Shown here: positions 17,692 through 26,509 of the stretch, piece after piece
Position numbering within the stretch: position 1 is the stretch's first letter
Layout of the letters: each line of letters opens with the position of its first letter
From: Bdellovibrionales bacterium
GTDB taxonomy: Bacteria > Bdellovibrionota > Bdellovibrionia > Bdellovibrionales > DASUEL01
Assembly (NCBI GenBank): GCA_050250255.1
Contig: JBFWOZ010000001.1
Location: 78,211-142,210 of the forward strand
Length of the DNA stretch: 64,000 bases
Direction: 5' to 3'
The notes under the pieces: model-generated
The model's database searches: none
Seen by the model: the letters and a program-made list of their open reading frames with translations, nothing else
What the model was told of the DNA's origin: nothing
Program-made: the position numbers and the translations under genes

Positions 17692-18981
17692 ATGAGTGTT
17701 CTTTCATCTTTATTTACCGGTGTTTCCGGTTTATCAGCACAAGGTCAAGCGTTAGGCGTTATCGGTGATAACATCGCAAACGCGCACACCACAGGTTTCA
17801 AATCGAGTCGTGCAGAATTTAACGATATCGTTGCGAAAAGCTTAAAAGGAATTTTGGGTGGTAACCAAATCGGTCGCGGGGTAAAAATCGCGTCTGTGAA
17901 CCCGATCCTTACTCAAGGTAACGTTGATGCGACAGAAAAGTCGACGGATCTTGCGATCTCTGGAGACGGTTACTTCGTTCTTCGTGGTAACGATGGCGAA
18001 TCCTTCACCCGTGATGGTAGCTTTCACTTTGATAAAGACGGTTACTTAGTCACAAACGACAACCAACGTGTTCAAGGTTACCAAACAGACGAGCGTGGTC
18101 GAGTTGTGAACGAAATCGGCGATATCGCATTTCCAAAAGCGATCATTCCCGCTCGTGGAACAAAAGAACTTTCGATGACTCTTCAGTTAGACTCACGTGC
18201 TCCTATGAATCCTAAGCCGTTTGATATAAAAGATCCTCATTCCACTTCACAATACTCAACAGGTATTGAGGTTTATGACTCTCAAGGAAGTAAACACTTA
18301 GTGACTCTCTTCTTTAACAAGACGGCAGATCGCACCTGGCAGTATCATGGTCTCGTTCAGGGATCTGAGATGGTCGGTGGTAAAGAGGGCGAATGGTTTG
18401 AAGCATGTACGGGTCAGGTGGGATTTACCGTTGATGGTAAATTAGATACCGAAGTGATTCAGAAACAAGCTTTTAACTTTGCTGGTGGTGCTCTACAGAA
18501 CCAACAAATCAAAATCGATTTCGGTGATGCGATCACAACCGATAAAGGTAAAGGTCTTAAGGGTTCTACTCAGTACGGTAAAGAGTCTGATGTGATCGTA
18601 TGGGACCAAGACGGTGCCGCCGCTGGTAACATCAATAACCTTTCGTTTAATGATGAAGGTGTGTTGGCAGCTCTTTACAGCAATGGGGAAACTCGTGAGT
18701 TAGCACAAGTGGTGATCTCGAAGTTTGAGAACAGCGAATCGCTCTTTAAAGTTGGTAACAACCGCTTCAAAGAATCAAGAAACTCTGGAACTCCTTCAAT
18801 CGGTAAACCAGGAAACGCCGGTCGTGGTAAGCTCTTCGCGAAGTCTCTTGAGCGATCCACAGTGGATATCGCAACTGAGTTCGTGAACCTGATCCAAAAC
18901 CAACGTGGTTTCCAAGCGAATGCAAAAACGATTACGACAACCGACGAATTACTCCAAGAAGTAATCCAGTTAAAGCGCTAA
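17692..18981 (+). CDS. flgE: Flagellar hook protein FlgE
   Basis: GDNIANAHTTGFK, DLAISGDGYF, TRDGSF, LERSTVD, QRGFQANAKTITT; start at ATG after AGGAGG. Confidence 0.96.
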   Translation: MSVLSSLFTGVSGLSAQGQALGVIGDNIANAHTTGFKSSRAEFNDIVAKSLKGILGGNQIGRGVKIASVNPILTQGNVDATEKSTDLAISGDGYFVLRGNDGESFTRDGSFHFDKDGYLVTNDNQRVQGYQTDERGRVVNEIGDIAFPKAIIPARGTKELSMTLQLDSRAPMNPKPFDIKDPHSTSQYSTGIEVYDSQGSKHLVTLFFNKTADRTWQYHGLVQGSEMVGGKEGEWFEACTGQVGFTVDGKLDTEVIQKQAFNFAGGALQNQQIKIDFGDAITTDKGKGLKGSTQYGKESDVIVWDQDGAAAGNINNLSFNDEGVLAALYSNGETRELAQVVISKFENSESLFKVGNNRFKESRNSGTPSIGKPGNAGRGKLFAKSLERSTVDIATEFVNLIQNQRGFQANAKTITTTDELLQEVIQLKR

Positions 18982-19005
18982 TCCTAAATTAGCCATTCTT
19001 TAATA

Positions 19006-19040
19006 AAAAGGCCGACTTTCGAGTCGGCCTTTTGCTTTTT
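19006..19040. terminator. Bidirectional rho-independent terminator
   Basis: AAAAGGCCGACT-TTCG-AGTCGGCCTTTT between convergent genes. Confidence 0.9.
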
Positions 19041-19084
19041 TATGAAAGAAATCCTTGATTCGATACCCTACTAATTTGTGTAGA

Positions 19085-19486
19085 TTACCGTGTACCAGGC
19101 TGAAACTTAAGTCGTCCCGCAGAAACCATCTTACAAGGTCCACCATAGTCTGGTTCGTTATCAAGAGACATGAAGATCCATTTTTCTTCTGATTGATAGA
19201 CGAAGTCATATGGGCCATTAAATGAAATGACTCCAGTATATTCACCTCTCCTAGCATCATCGACAAAGGGGTATAGGACAGTAAGATAATTTAAAATTGA
19301 GCTAGATCTAAAAGGATCGTTGTTTATTAGATACCATGCTTTTGAGTTCTTAAGATCAAACGCGAAATAATAAGTGTTCAACTTATCGTATTGTTTGCTG
19401 GTTTTACAAAGAAGTATATCCTGTGCTTGAGCGAGGGCAGGAAAAGTCAACGCGAGTCCAAGGATAGCATTTACAAGTATTTTCAT
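19085..19486 (-). CDS. Secreted hypothetical protein
   Basis: Signal peptide MKILVNAILGLALTFPALAQA, GAGGT RBS, two Cys. Confidence 0.75.
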   Translation of the reverse strand: MKILVNAILGLALTFPALAQAQDILLCKTSKQYDKLNTYYFAFDLKNSKAWYLINNDPFRSSSILNYLTVLYPFVDDARRGEYTGVISFNGPYDFVYQSEEKWIFMSLDNEPDYGGPCKMVSAGRLKFQPGTR

Positions 19487-19574
19487 GATTACCTCTCTTC
19501 TTGGGTGCCGTTCCAAATTTTTTGGGATTAATACCCACAATTCAAACGGGGATGATTCTCTGCTTGAGTAACAA

Positions 19575-19590
19575 TGCGACAATTGTGCCA
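19575..19590 (-). promoter_or_regulatory. sigma54 promoter candidate for the gene starting at 19486
   Basis: Minus strand TGGCACAATTGTCGCA (GG-N10-GC). Confidence 0.6.
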
Positions 19591-19743
19591 TTATCTTTTA
19601 TCATTGGTTTCGATTGAAACATAAGTTGGCGCACAATGATTTTAATATGGCGCCGTAAAAGTCGTCTAAACTTTTGACACCTAGAATTTTTTACTCTTTT
19701 CTTTGATCAGTTTTTTAATGCAAAAATAATGTCTGATCAGACA

Positions 19744-20748
19744 TTACTGACTGAGAATTTGTAAGAGAGAAATCAGTTCCTTACGAACCGTTTTGTGTTG
19801 GGAGTAAGTTTGCTCGAGAGGAGTGTAGACGACTTTTCCGTCCATAACTCCCGCCATGACGTCGCAGATTCCTTGCTTTAAACCTGCAACACAAGCAGCC
19901 CCTAAACGTGAAGCGAGAATGCGATCGGCAGCGGTGGGTGTACCACCTCGTTGAATGTGCCCTAAAATACAGACCTTCGCATCGAAGCCCGCTTTTTTTC
20001 GAATCGCATCGGCAAGATCATAGGCACGACCAGGCTTTTGCCCTTCGGCCGCGATGAGAATGCTACTCATTTTTCCGCGTTTCAGGCCTCGTTGAATATG
20101 CTTAATGGCATCGTCAACGGTGGTTTGGCTTTCGGGAATAAAAATGTCTTCTGCCCCACCGGCAAGACCCACATCAAGTGCAATAAACCCTGAGTTTCGT
20201 CCCATCACTTCGACAATGAAAAGACGATCGTGGCTCGCAGCGGTGTCTCGGATTTTATCTATGGCATCGAGTGCGGTGTTCACGGCGGTATCAAATCCGA
20301 TTGTATAGTCTGTCCCGTGTACGTCGTTGTCGATGGTGCCTGGTGCACCCGTCACTGGAATTTTATGTTCTTCCCATAGAGCGTGAGCCCCACGAAAAGA
20401 TCCATCTCCTCCGATACATATTAGGGCATCCACATTATGTTTTTTGAGATTTTCAACAGCTTTGGCGCGTCCTTCAGGCTTAGTGAACTCTTGGCTTCGA
20501 CCTGTTTTAATAATGGTCCCACCACGTTGAATAATGTTAGCCATTGATCCGCGCGCAAGAGGGTGAATGTTTCCGCTGATCATTCCATTGTAGCCACTAT
20601 CAATAGCGACAATTTCATAACCCTCATGAATCGCCATTCTCACCGCAGCTCTTAAGCAGGCATTCATTCCGGGAGCGTCGCCACCACTCGTGTAGATTCC
20701 AATTCTTTTTATAGATTTAGGGTCGAATTTAGAGAGATTCGTTGGCAT
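19744..20748 (-). CDS. pfkA: ATP-dependent 6-phosphofructokinase
   Basis: TSGGDAPGMN, IGGDGSF, PGTIDND, VEVMGR, LGHIQRGG. Confidence 0.96.
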   Translation of the reverse strand: MPTNLSKFDPKSIKRIGIYTSGGDAPGMNACLRAAVRMAIHEGYEIVAIDSGYNGMISGNIHPLARGSMANIIQRGGTIIKTGRSQEFTKPEGRAKAVENLKKHNVDALICIGGDGSFRGAHALWEEHKIPVTGAPGTIDNDVHGTDYTIGFDTAVNTALDAIDKIRDTAASHDRLFIVEVMGRNSGFIALDVGLAGGAEDIFIPESQTTVDDAIKHIQRGLKRGKMSSILIAAEGQKPGRAYDLADAIRKKAGFDAKVCILGHIQRGGTPTAADRILASRLGAACVAGLKQGICDVMAGVMDGKVVYTPLEQTYSQHKTVRKELISLLQILSQ

Positions 20749-20759
20749 GTCTTAAAAAT

Positions 20760-20790
20760 AAAAAAGGATTGGCCATTAGCCAACCCTTTT
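20760..20790 (-). terminator. Rho-independent terminator of hup
   Basis: Minus strand GGGTTGGC-TAATG-GCCAATCC followed by a T run. Confidence 0.75.
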
Positions 20791-20811
20791 CATATGAGTC
20801 AAAAAAAGAGC

Positions 20812-21084
20812 TTACTTAACGTAAGACTTGAATTCTGCGCCAGCGCGGAATTTAGGAACCCAGCAAGCGTTGATTTTGATTGCTTTGCCTGTTTGTGGGT
20901 TGCGGCCCGTACGAGCTTTTCTCTTTGCACGAAGGAAAGTTCCAAAGCCAACGAGCTTCACATCGTCACCTTTTTTGATAGATTTGCGGATAGAATCAAT
21001 CGCAGCATCTAAGATCTTCTCTGTATCAGCTTTTGTCATTTTTGTGTTTTCAGCGATTTGGTTTACCAATTCGGCCTTATTCAT
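20812..21084 (-). CDS. hup: HU family DNA-binding protein
   Basis: MNKAELV, GFGTF, RTGRNPQTG, PKFRAG. Confidence 0.96.
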   Translation of the reverse strand: MNKAELVNQIAENTKMTKADTEKILDAAIDSIRKSIKKGDDVKLVGFGTFLRAKRKARTGRNPQTGKAIKINACWVPKFRAGAEFKSYVK

Positions 21085-21108
21085 GGATTCTCCTTGTTGT
21101 GAATCATC

Positions 21109-21200
21109 GGGCCTGCTGAAAAAATATCATCTGCTTCGTTGCAGGAGGACCGTTTCAGGTCCGACCCCTTATACGCCATTGATACTTTTTCAGCAGGCCC
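21109..21200. repeat. 92-bp element with 21-bp terminal inverted repeats upstream of hup (MITE-like or structured leader)
   Basis: GGGCCTGCTGAAAAAATATCA / TGATACTTTTTCAGCAGGCCC (20/21 match), two internal hairpins. Confidence 0.75.
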
Positions 21201-21288
21201 TGTTGTTTGTAGGTTAAAAAACCCAACAAAATTCAAAACCAGGTCTGAATCCACGTCAATGGAAATCAATAGAAATTAATGAATTTGA

Positions 21289-22080
21289 TTATTTTCTTAT
21301 CAGCGTCGCAGACCCAAGATAAGCACCACGATAGTGAATTGTTACATCCACATAGTTCTGCTCTAAAGTACCCTCTGCCGCAGTGATTCTAAAGGTCGCG
21401 CCCATACCCGGTGATCCAGGAACACCGGTATGAGAAATCGACTGTAAAGAAAAGCCTCGGTTATTGTTATGACCAAACTTTTTGACTGGAATCTCAAACG
21501 AATAATATTTTTCGATATCTCCCAGAACTGGTGAACAGAGGAAAGAGGGCCGTTGGTACGGACCCGCTTTGACGGTCACAACCCCTTCACCATTCACAAC
21601 GTTCACAACAATAATTCCACCGTTGGCATAGTTGTTACACTCGTTCTGACAGACTTGACTATTGTTATTTCCACATCTCAAAACTCTCTCGTAAGTCGCA
21701 CTTTGATATTGACCCGGCGGAAGTGGTGGAAGAAATGGAATCAATCCCGGAGGCAATTGTTGGTAAGTTGTACGAATATGTTCTAAGCGAGCATAATTAT
21801 CAGCGAGTAAACGTCCAAATGTCGTGCGTGAAGTAGGGTGAATGCTGATAGAACCAGCAGTAAAACCCGTGGACTGAGAAGGAACACAGTTTGAAGGATA
21901 TTGACCATAAGAATTTGGAACACACGCTGGAGCGGGTGGTGAAACGATCGGTGGGGGAACTGCTGCGGCTCCGTTGCCGCCATCATCGCTTTTCTTCTGA
22001 CATGCAGAAGTGAAACTGATGATCGCTGCGATCAACACAATAGAAAAAATGGTCCCAGAATTTTCCATATATCGTTTCAT
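21289..22080 (-). CDS. Hypothetical lipoprotein
   Basis: Lipobox TSAC, Pro-rich linker, several Cys, GGAGG RBS. Confidence 0.8.
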   Translation of the reverse strand: MKRYMENSGTIFSIVLIAAIISFTSACQKKSDDGGNGAAAVPPPIVSPPAPACVPNSYGQYPSNCVPSQSTGFTAGSISIHPTSRTTFGRLLADNYARLEHIRTTYQQLPPGLIPFLPPLPPGQYQSATYERVLRCGNNNSQVCQNECNNYANGGIIVVNVVNGEGVVTVKAGPYQRPSFLCSPVLGDIEKYYSFEIPVKKFGHNNNRGFSLQSISHTGVPGSPGMGATFRITAAEGTLEQNYVDVTIHYRGAYLGSATLIRK

Positions 22081-22350
22081 GCGACCCTCCTCTAGAAGTC
22101 CGCCAACCTTAAGCTCTTCACGTTCCGTACCACCTTGGGACAGAAATTACGGGGCTTCGAGGAGTTAGTTTTTTAAAAAGTGCCCAAAAAGGTCAGCACC
22201 ATGAAGTATTTGGAGGAATCCAAGCAGGAATACGAGGAGGGATCTTAGCCCCAAGAAAAACGAAGAAGTGGTTGATTTTCATAGTGCAATGTATAAAAAC
22301 ACCGCTAACACATCGATTTAATTAGGATTTTAATGAGAGAGGTAAAAACG

Positions 22351-23100
22351 ATGAAGTCAAATTATGTAGTAAAATCAAGCATTTCCATTCGCTGGATTTT
22401 GATTATCACAAGCGTTCTTTGGATGAGCTCCATGCTCGTTGCATGTGGGAGCGATAAGAAAAACTCTGAAAATGCAGCTCCAGCAGCAGCCCCTGCACCC
22501 ACTGTCTCCACTCAAAACCTTCCACGTCAAAACATGATTGTACGTGTGAACCAAACTGGCCAGGCAGAATACGCAGCTGTCGATTTTAATCCAAAAGCGA
22601 ATCGTCGCCAGTTGAGTTCGCTAGCACAAAACCCTCGTTTGCAATGGGCTCCAGTGAATTCTCAAGCGGTGATCAATCAGCAACAAGGTTACCCGCAAGC
22701 TCAAGATAACAACTTTTACTTCGTACAAGAGCCAAACAATTTCCAAGGTCAAAACATTCAGGACTCATCAGAAGAACAGACCATGGAAACAAACAATATC
22801 CGTGTAGATTTAGGAAACGGCTATTATCCGAATACAGCTTATCAAACAGCTTATTACGATGGTGCTTACAACTACGGTTACCACCGATATCCTTACTACA
22901 ACGGTGCCTATTACTACGGTCAGTATCGTTATCAGCATTACTATCCTCGTAATCCGTACGCTTACTACAATAGCTACAACAACTTTAATTACCAGCCAGT
23001 TTACTACAGCAACTACAGCTACAACTATTATGTGCCTTGTTACTACTACAACGCTCCTCGATACGGTTACTCGTACTATTACTATTCTTACTGGTGGTAA
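22351..23100 (+). CDS. Lipoprotein with Gln/Asn-rich middle and Tyr-rich C-terminal tail
   Basis: Lipobox LVAC; 39 Tyr in last 92 aa; GAGGT RBS before ATG 22351. Confidence 0.8.
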   Translation: MKSNYVVKSSISIRWILIITSVLWMSSMLVACGSDKKNSENAAPAAAPAPTVSTQNLPRQNMIVRVNQTGQAEYAAVDFNPKANRRQLSSLAQNPRLQWAPVNSQAVINQQQGYPQAQDNNFYFVQEPNNFQGQNIQDSSEEQTMETNNIRVDLGNGYYPNTAYQTAYYDGAYNYGYHRYPYYNGAYYYGQYRYQHYYPRNPYAYYNSYNNFNYQPVYYSNYSYNYYVPCYYYNAPRYGYSYYYYSYWW

Positions 23101-23149
23101 GTCGTTTCTCGGGACATGAATTTAAAAGAAATAATATAGGGAGAAAAAA

Positions 23150-23815
23150 ATGAAGTACTTATTGATCGCGAGTTTGATGTTGGTTCTCGGTGCTTGTCAA
23201 AAAGATGAGAACAAGTCGAATCAAGCACCTGCTAATCCTGCCGTGAACAGCGGTGGTGGTGAAGCTGGTGTAGATGGTTCAAGCGATAAAGGTGAGCAAG
23301 AGCAACGCTACCCAGGTTACTACAACGGTGTTGCTAACTTAGATGGCGTTTGGGTGACAGATTGTCGTCCTGGTCGTTACCTCTGGAATGTTCAAGGGCT
23401 CGGCGCTCAGCCTGCTGAGTTCAGCCGCGAAATCGTGATTTTTGGTAAAGATAGAAATGGTTCGAACACCATTCGCTATATCATCGAAGATTCTTCCGAA
23501 TATGATTACGATTGTGATTCAGAACCTAACTTCACTCGCACACGTCTTGATCTTAAAGGTGTTTACGCAATCACTCGTCAGATTAAGGCCGAAGGAAACT
23601 TACTTCAGCTGTCAATCACTCACACTTCATGTGGTGGAGCCGTTTGCGGCCCTCATTCGAACTTAAGCATGCTTGGCATTTTCCCAAATGACATCCGCAC
23701 AGTTCGCGTGATCAATAATCAAGGCCGAGCTGCCGATTTGATTTTTGGTTCGCAAACAGGTCCAAGACAGTTAAATCAGGACCTCACAAGAATTTTTAAA
23801 TACCGCACTTACTAA
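23150..23815 (+). CDS. Hypothetical lipoprotein
   Basis: Lipobox LGAC, GGGAG RBS, LDGVWVTDC motif typical of beta-rich lipoproteins. Confidence 0.8.
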   Translation: MKYLLIASLMLVLGACQKDENKSNQAPANPAVNSGGGEAGVDGSSDKGEQEQRYPGYYNGVANLDGVWVTDCRPGRYLWNVQGLGAQPAEFSREIVIFGKDRNGSNTIRYIIEDSSEYDYDCDSEPNFTRTRLDLKGVYAITRQIKAEGNLLQLSITHTSCGGAVCGPHSNLSMLGIFPNDIRTVRVINNQGRAADLIFGSQTGPRQLNQDLTRIFKYRTY

Positions 23816-25500
23816 TGACGTAAGAGCTGTTGAGCGTGGGCGAGACTGGTCTGAGTGATCTTCTCGCCTGAAATCAAGCGGGCAATTTCTTTGACCCGCT
23901 CTTCTTTTTTAAGCCCCATGACAGTTGTCTGATACGATTTTCCGGCCTTACTTTTCTGAATTAAAAAGTGAACATCTCCATGGGCGGCGACCTGTGGTAA
24001 GTGAGTGACGCAAATCACTTGCTGTCCTTTGGCGATGGACTTAAGTTTGCGCCCTACTTTTTCTGCTGTTTGACCACTCACGCCCGTATCGACTTCGTCA
24101 AAGAGGCAGGTGCGAGGTAGCTCGGCCTGACCAATTACTGATTTCAAAGCAAGAAGGATACGACTTAGTTCTCCTCCGCTCGCTGATTTAGCAAGCGAAC
24201 GGGCTTTGTCTTGTCCGGCACTTTTAATCATGAATTCAAGATCGGTAGTGCCCGTGGAGTTCCACTCGGTGAGAGACTCGCAGAGGATTTCAAAATTCAC
24301 ACCCTTCATATCAAGATCGTTTAGTTGATCATTGACCTCTTGAACAAGGAGTTTGCTGGCAGTCGCTCGCTTTTTATGGAGGTCCTTGGAGAGTTTTGTG
24401 AGCTCTTCTGAAATTTTCGATTGCTCTTGCTTGAGGTTTTGCAGAGTCTCTGAGGAAGTTTCGAGAGTGCGAATTTCTTTTTCCATATTGTCGAAGGAGT
24501 TGAGAACATCCTCAACTGTAGGCCCGTATTTTTTGAGGAGTGTTTTAAGATCACTTCTGCGTTTTTCCAAAGTTTCGAGAGAGCTTCCGTCGCCATCAAG
24601 AGATTCACTGTAAGAACGAATGTTGTAGACGGAATCTTCGATCAGTGTTTTTGCCTGTCTTAAAGTTTCGACATAAGCTTCAATTTTAGGATCAAAACTT
24701 GCGAGTTCGGCACCACGTTGAATAATTTTATGAGTACGAACAAGAGCGGAGTCATCATCTCCATAAAGTGCCGTTTCTGTCGACTGAGCCCATTGGCTGA
24801 GCTGATGAGCATTTTTGATTTTTAGGTATTCGCGCTCAAGCTCTTCTTCTTCACCATCACGAATTTGGAAACCTTTGATTTCATCGCGTTGGTAACAGAG
24901 AAAGTCGAGACGTTGTACCCGGGTTTTCTCATTGGCTTCGATGGTTTGAATTTCGGTTGAAATTTCATTCCAACGGTTGAACAGATCGGAGAATTTTTTT
25001 CGTTGTGCGGTTGTCCCTGCGTATTGATCGAGAGTGTTGAGGTGATAGGATTTTGAAAGAAGGCTTTTGTTTTCGTGTTGGCCGGTTAATTCAATCAAAG
25101 GCGCGTTCAGATCGGCACTTTCGATGAGAGGGGCGACTAGCTCTTGAAGACTTGTGAGTGGGCTTAATGAACCATTGATGTAGACGCGGCTTTTTCCTTG
25201 AGTCGAAATCATTCTTCGAACGATGAGGAGACCATCATCGGTTTCAATTCCAAGCTCCTGCAATTTTTGGAGAAGGTCAGGTCTTTTTTGGATATCAAAA
25301 GAGCCTTCAACGGTCGCGGCCTCATCTTCGTTTCGAACGAGATCCGAAGAAGCCTTCGCACCCATCAAAAGAGAAAGAGATTTCATGAGAATAGATTTTC
25401 CGGCACCCGTTTCTCCGCTGAGAATATTGAATCCAGGTTTGAATTCGATATGAATATTATCAATGGTGGCAAAGTGAGAAACTTTGAGTTCAATAAGCAT
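23812..25500 (-). CDS. recN: DNA repair protein RecN
   Basis: GETGAGKS, ASGGELSR, FDEVDTG, VTHLPQVAA; start at ATG after GGAGG. Confidence 0.96.
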   Translation of the reverse strand: MLIELKVSHFATIDNIHIEFKPGFNILSGETGAGKSILMKSLSLLMGAKASSDLVRNEDEAATVEGSFDIQKRPDLLQKLQELGIETDDGLLIVRRMISTQGKSRVYINGSLSPLTSLQELVAPLIESADLNAPLIELTGQHENKSLLSKSYHLNTLDQYAGTTAQRKKFSDLFNRWNEISTEIQTIEANEKTRVQRLDFLCYQRDEIKGFQIRDGEEEELEREYLKIKNAHQLSQWAQSTETALYGDDDSALVRTHKIIQRGAELASFDPKIEAYVETLRQAKTLIEDSVYNIRSYSESLDGDGSSLETLEKRRSDLKTLLKKYGPTVEDVLNSFDNMEKEIRTLETSSETLQNLKQEQSKISEELTKLSKDLHKKRATASKLLVQEVNDQLNDLDMKGVNFEILCESLTEWNSTGTTDLEFMIKSAGQDKARSLAKSASGGELSRILLALKSVIGQAELPRTCLFDEVDTGVSGQTAEKVGRKLKSIAKGQQVICVTHLPQVAAHGDVHFLIQKSKAGKSYQTTVMGLKKEERVKEIARLISGEKITQTSLAHAQQLLRH

Positions 25501-25608
25501 GGAGCCTCCGTTTCCCAAACATATCAATTTTAGATCGCTTGTCGAGGGCTCTTACTTTCAGCGGCTCGCATTATCCGAAGAACGCCTGGAACCTGCGTCC
25601 TGCGCCGC

Positions 25609-26463
25609 CTAGGTACGGTGGCCAAACTCTAATTTCGAATTCAGGAGCTCAAAATAATCCCTTTGGGATTCAATTTTATAATGCTTTTTGTCGGACCTTG
25701 TCACAATCACCGTACAATCCTGGGTCAAATCACATCCATGCTGGCCATCAACCATGAGAAGCGCTTCTTGCTTTTGGTTTAAGCTGATTTGAATTTTATG
25801 ATGATCCGAGAAAGTGACGGGTCTTGAAGTTAAGCTATGCGGACAGACGGGAGTCACCACCACCGCGGCAACTTCGGGATGGAGAATCGGGCCGCCAGCA
25901 GACAGATTGTAAGCGGTCGATCCGGTAGGGGTTGAAACGATCAATCCATCAGCGCGCACGCGACTGACTAAGGATTGGTCCGCAAACACACTCAAATCAA
26001 TCAAGTGAGTGTTCGAACCTCTCTCTACCACCACGTCGTTAAGAGCTAAAAAATTCTTAATTGTTTTCCCACGTTTTTTTACGGACACCTGAAGCATAGA
26101 ACGAGAGATAGGTTTTATTTTTAATTTTAAAAAACGATCTAAAGTTTTGAAGACATCTTGTTCGCTTGTCTCTGTGAGAAAACCCAAGTGACCTAGGTTG
26201 ATTCCTAATACAGGAACGGGAAGGCCTTTCAGCGCTCTTACTGCGTGGAGGTAGGTACCATCACCACCGATGGCGATGGCGAGTTTCATACTTTTCAAAT
26301 TGGTAGTAAGCGTGAGTGGCTGAGTGTGTTTTAGCGACTCTACTTTCAAATCGCACCAGACTTGAATTCTACGTCGCTGAAACCATTCATTCACTTTTTC
26401 AGCGACGACGAGAGCTTGTTTTTTATCTCTTCTCACGAAGAGAGCGATATTGAGTTTTGCCAT
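25609..26463 (-). CDS. nadK: NAD(+) kinase
   Basis: GGDGT, GHLGFL, LNDVV, DGLIVSTPTGSTAYNLSAGGP; adjacent to recN. Confidence 0.95.
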   Translation of the reverse strand: MAKLNIALFVRRDKKQALVVAEKVNEWFQRRRIQVWCDLKVESLKHTQPLTLTTNLKSMKLAIAIGGDGTYLHAVRALKGLPVPVLGINLGHLGFLTETSEQDVFKTLDRFLKLKIKPISRSMLQVSVKKRGKTIKNFLALNDVVVERGSNTHLIDLSVFADQSLVSRVRADGLIVSTPTGSTAYNLSAGGPILHPEVAAVVVTPVCPHSLTSRPVTFSDHHKIQISLNQKQEALLMVDGQHGCDLTQDCTVIVTRSDKKHYKIESQRDYFELLNSKLEFGHRT

Positions 26464-26509
26464 ACATTAACGGCTAATATAGCCAGCACTGTTTGTCTAA
26501 GAGAATCTC

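Noticed and set aside
21109..21200. SRP RNA, retron msr-msd or hammerhead interpretation of the hup upstream element
   Set aside because: No intact CAGG-GNRA-AGCA SRP helix, no CUGANGA/GAAA core, and no reverse transcriptase in the window
20828..21269. ORFs 20828-21217 (+) and 21081-21269 (-) around hup
   Set aside because: Antisense shadow of hup and read-through of the GC-rich inverted-repeat element
22859..23119. Thr/Ile-rich 86-aa ORF
   Set aside because: Alternative frame of the TAC/TAT/AAC-rich Tyr tail
25530..25608. SOS box upstream of recN
   Set aside because: No convincing LexA-type palindrome found by eye
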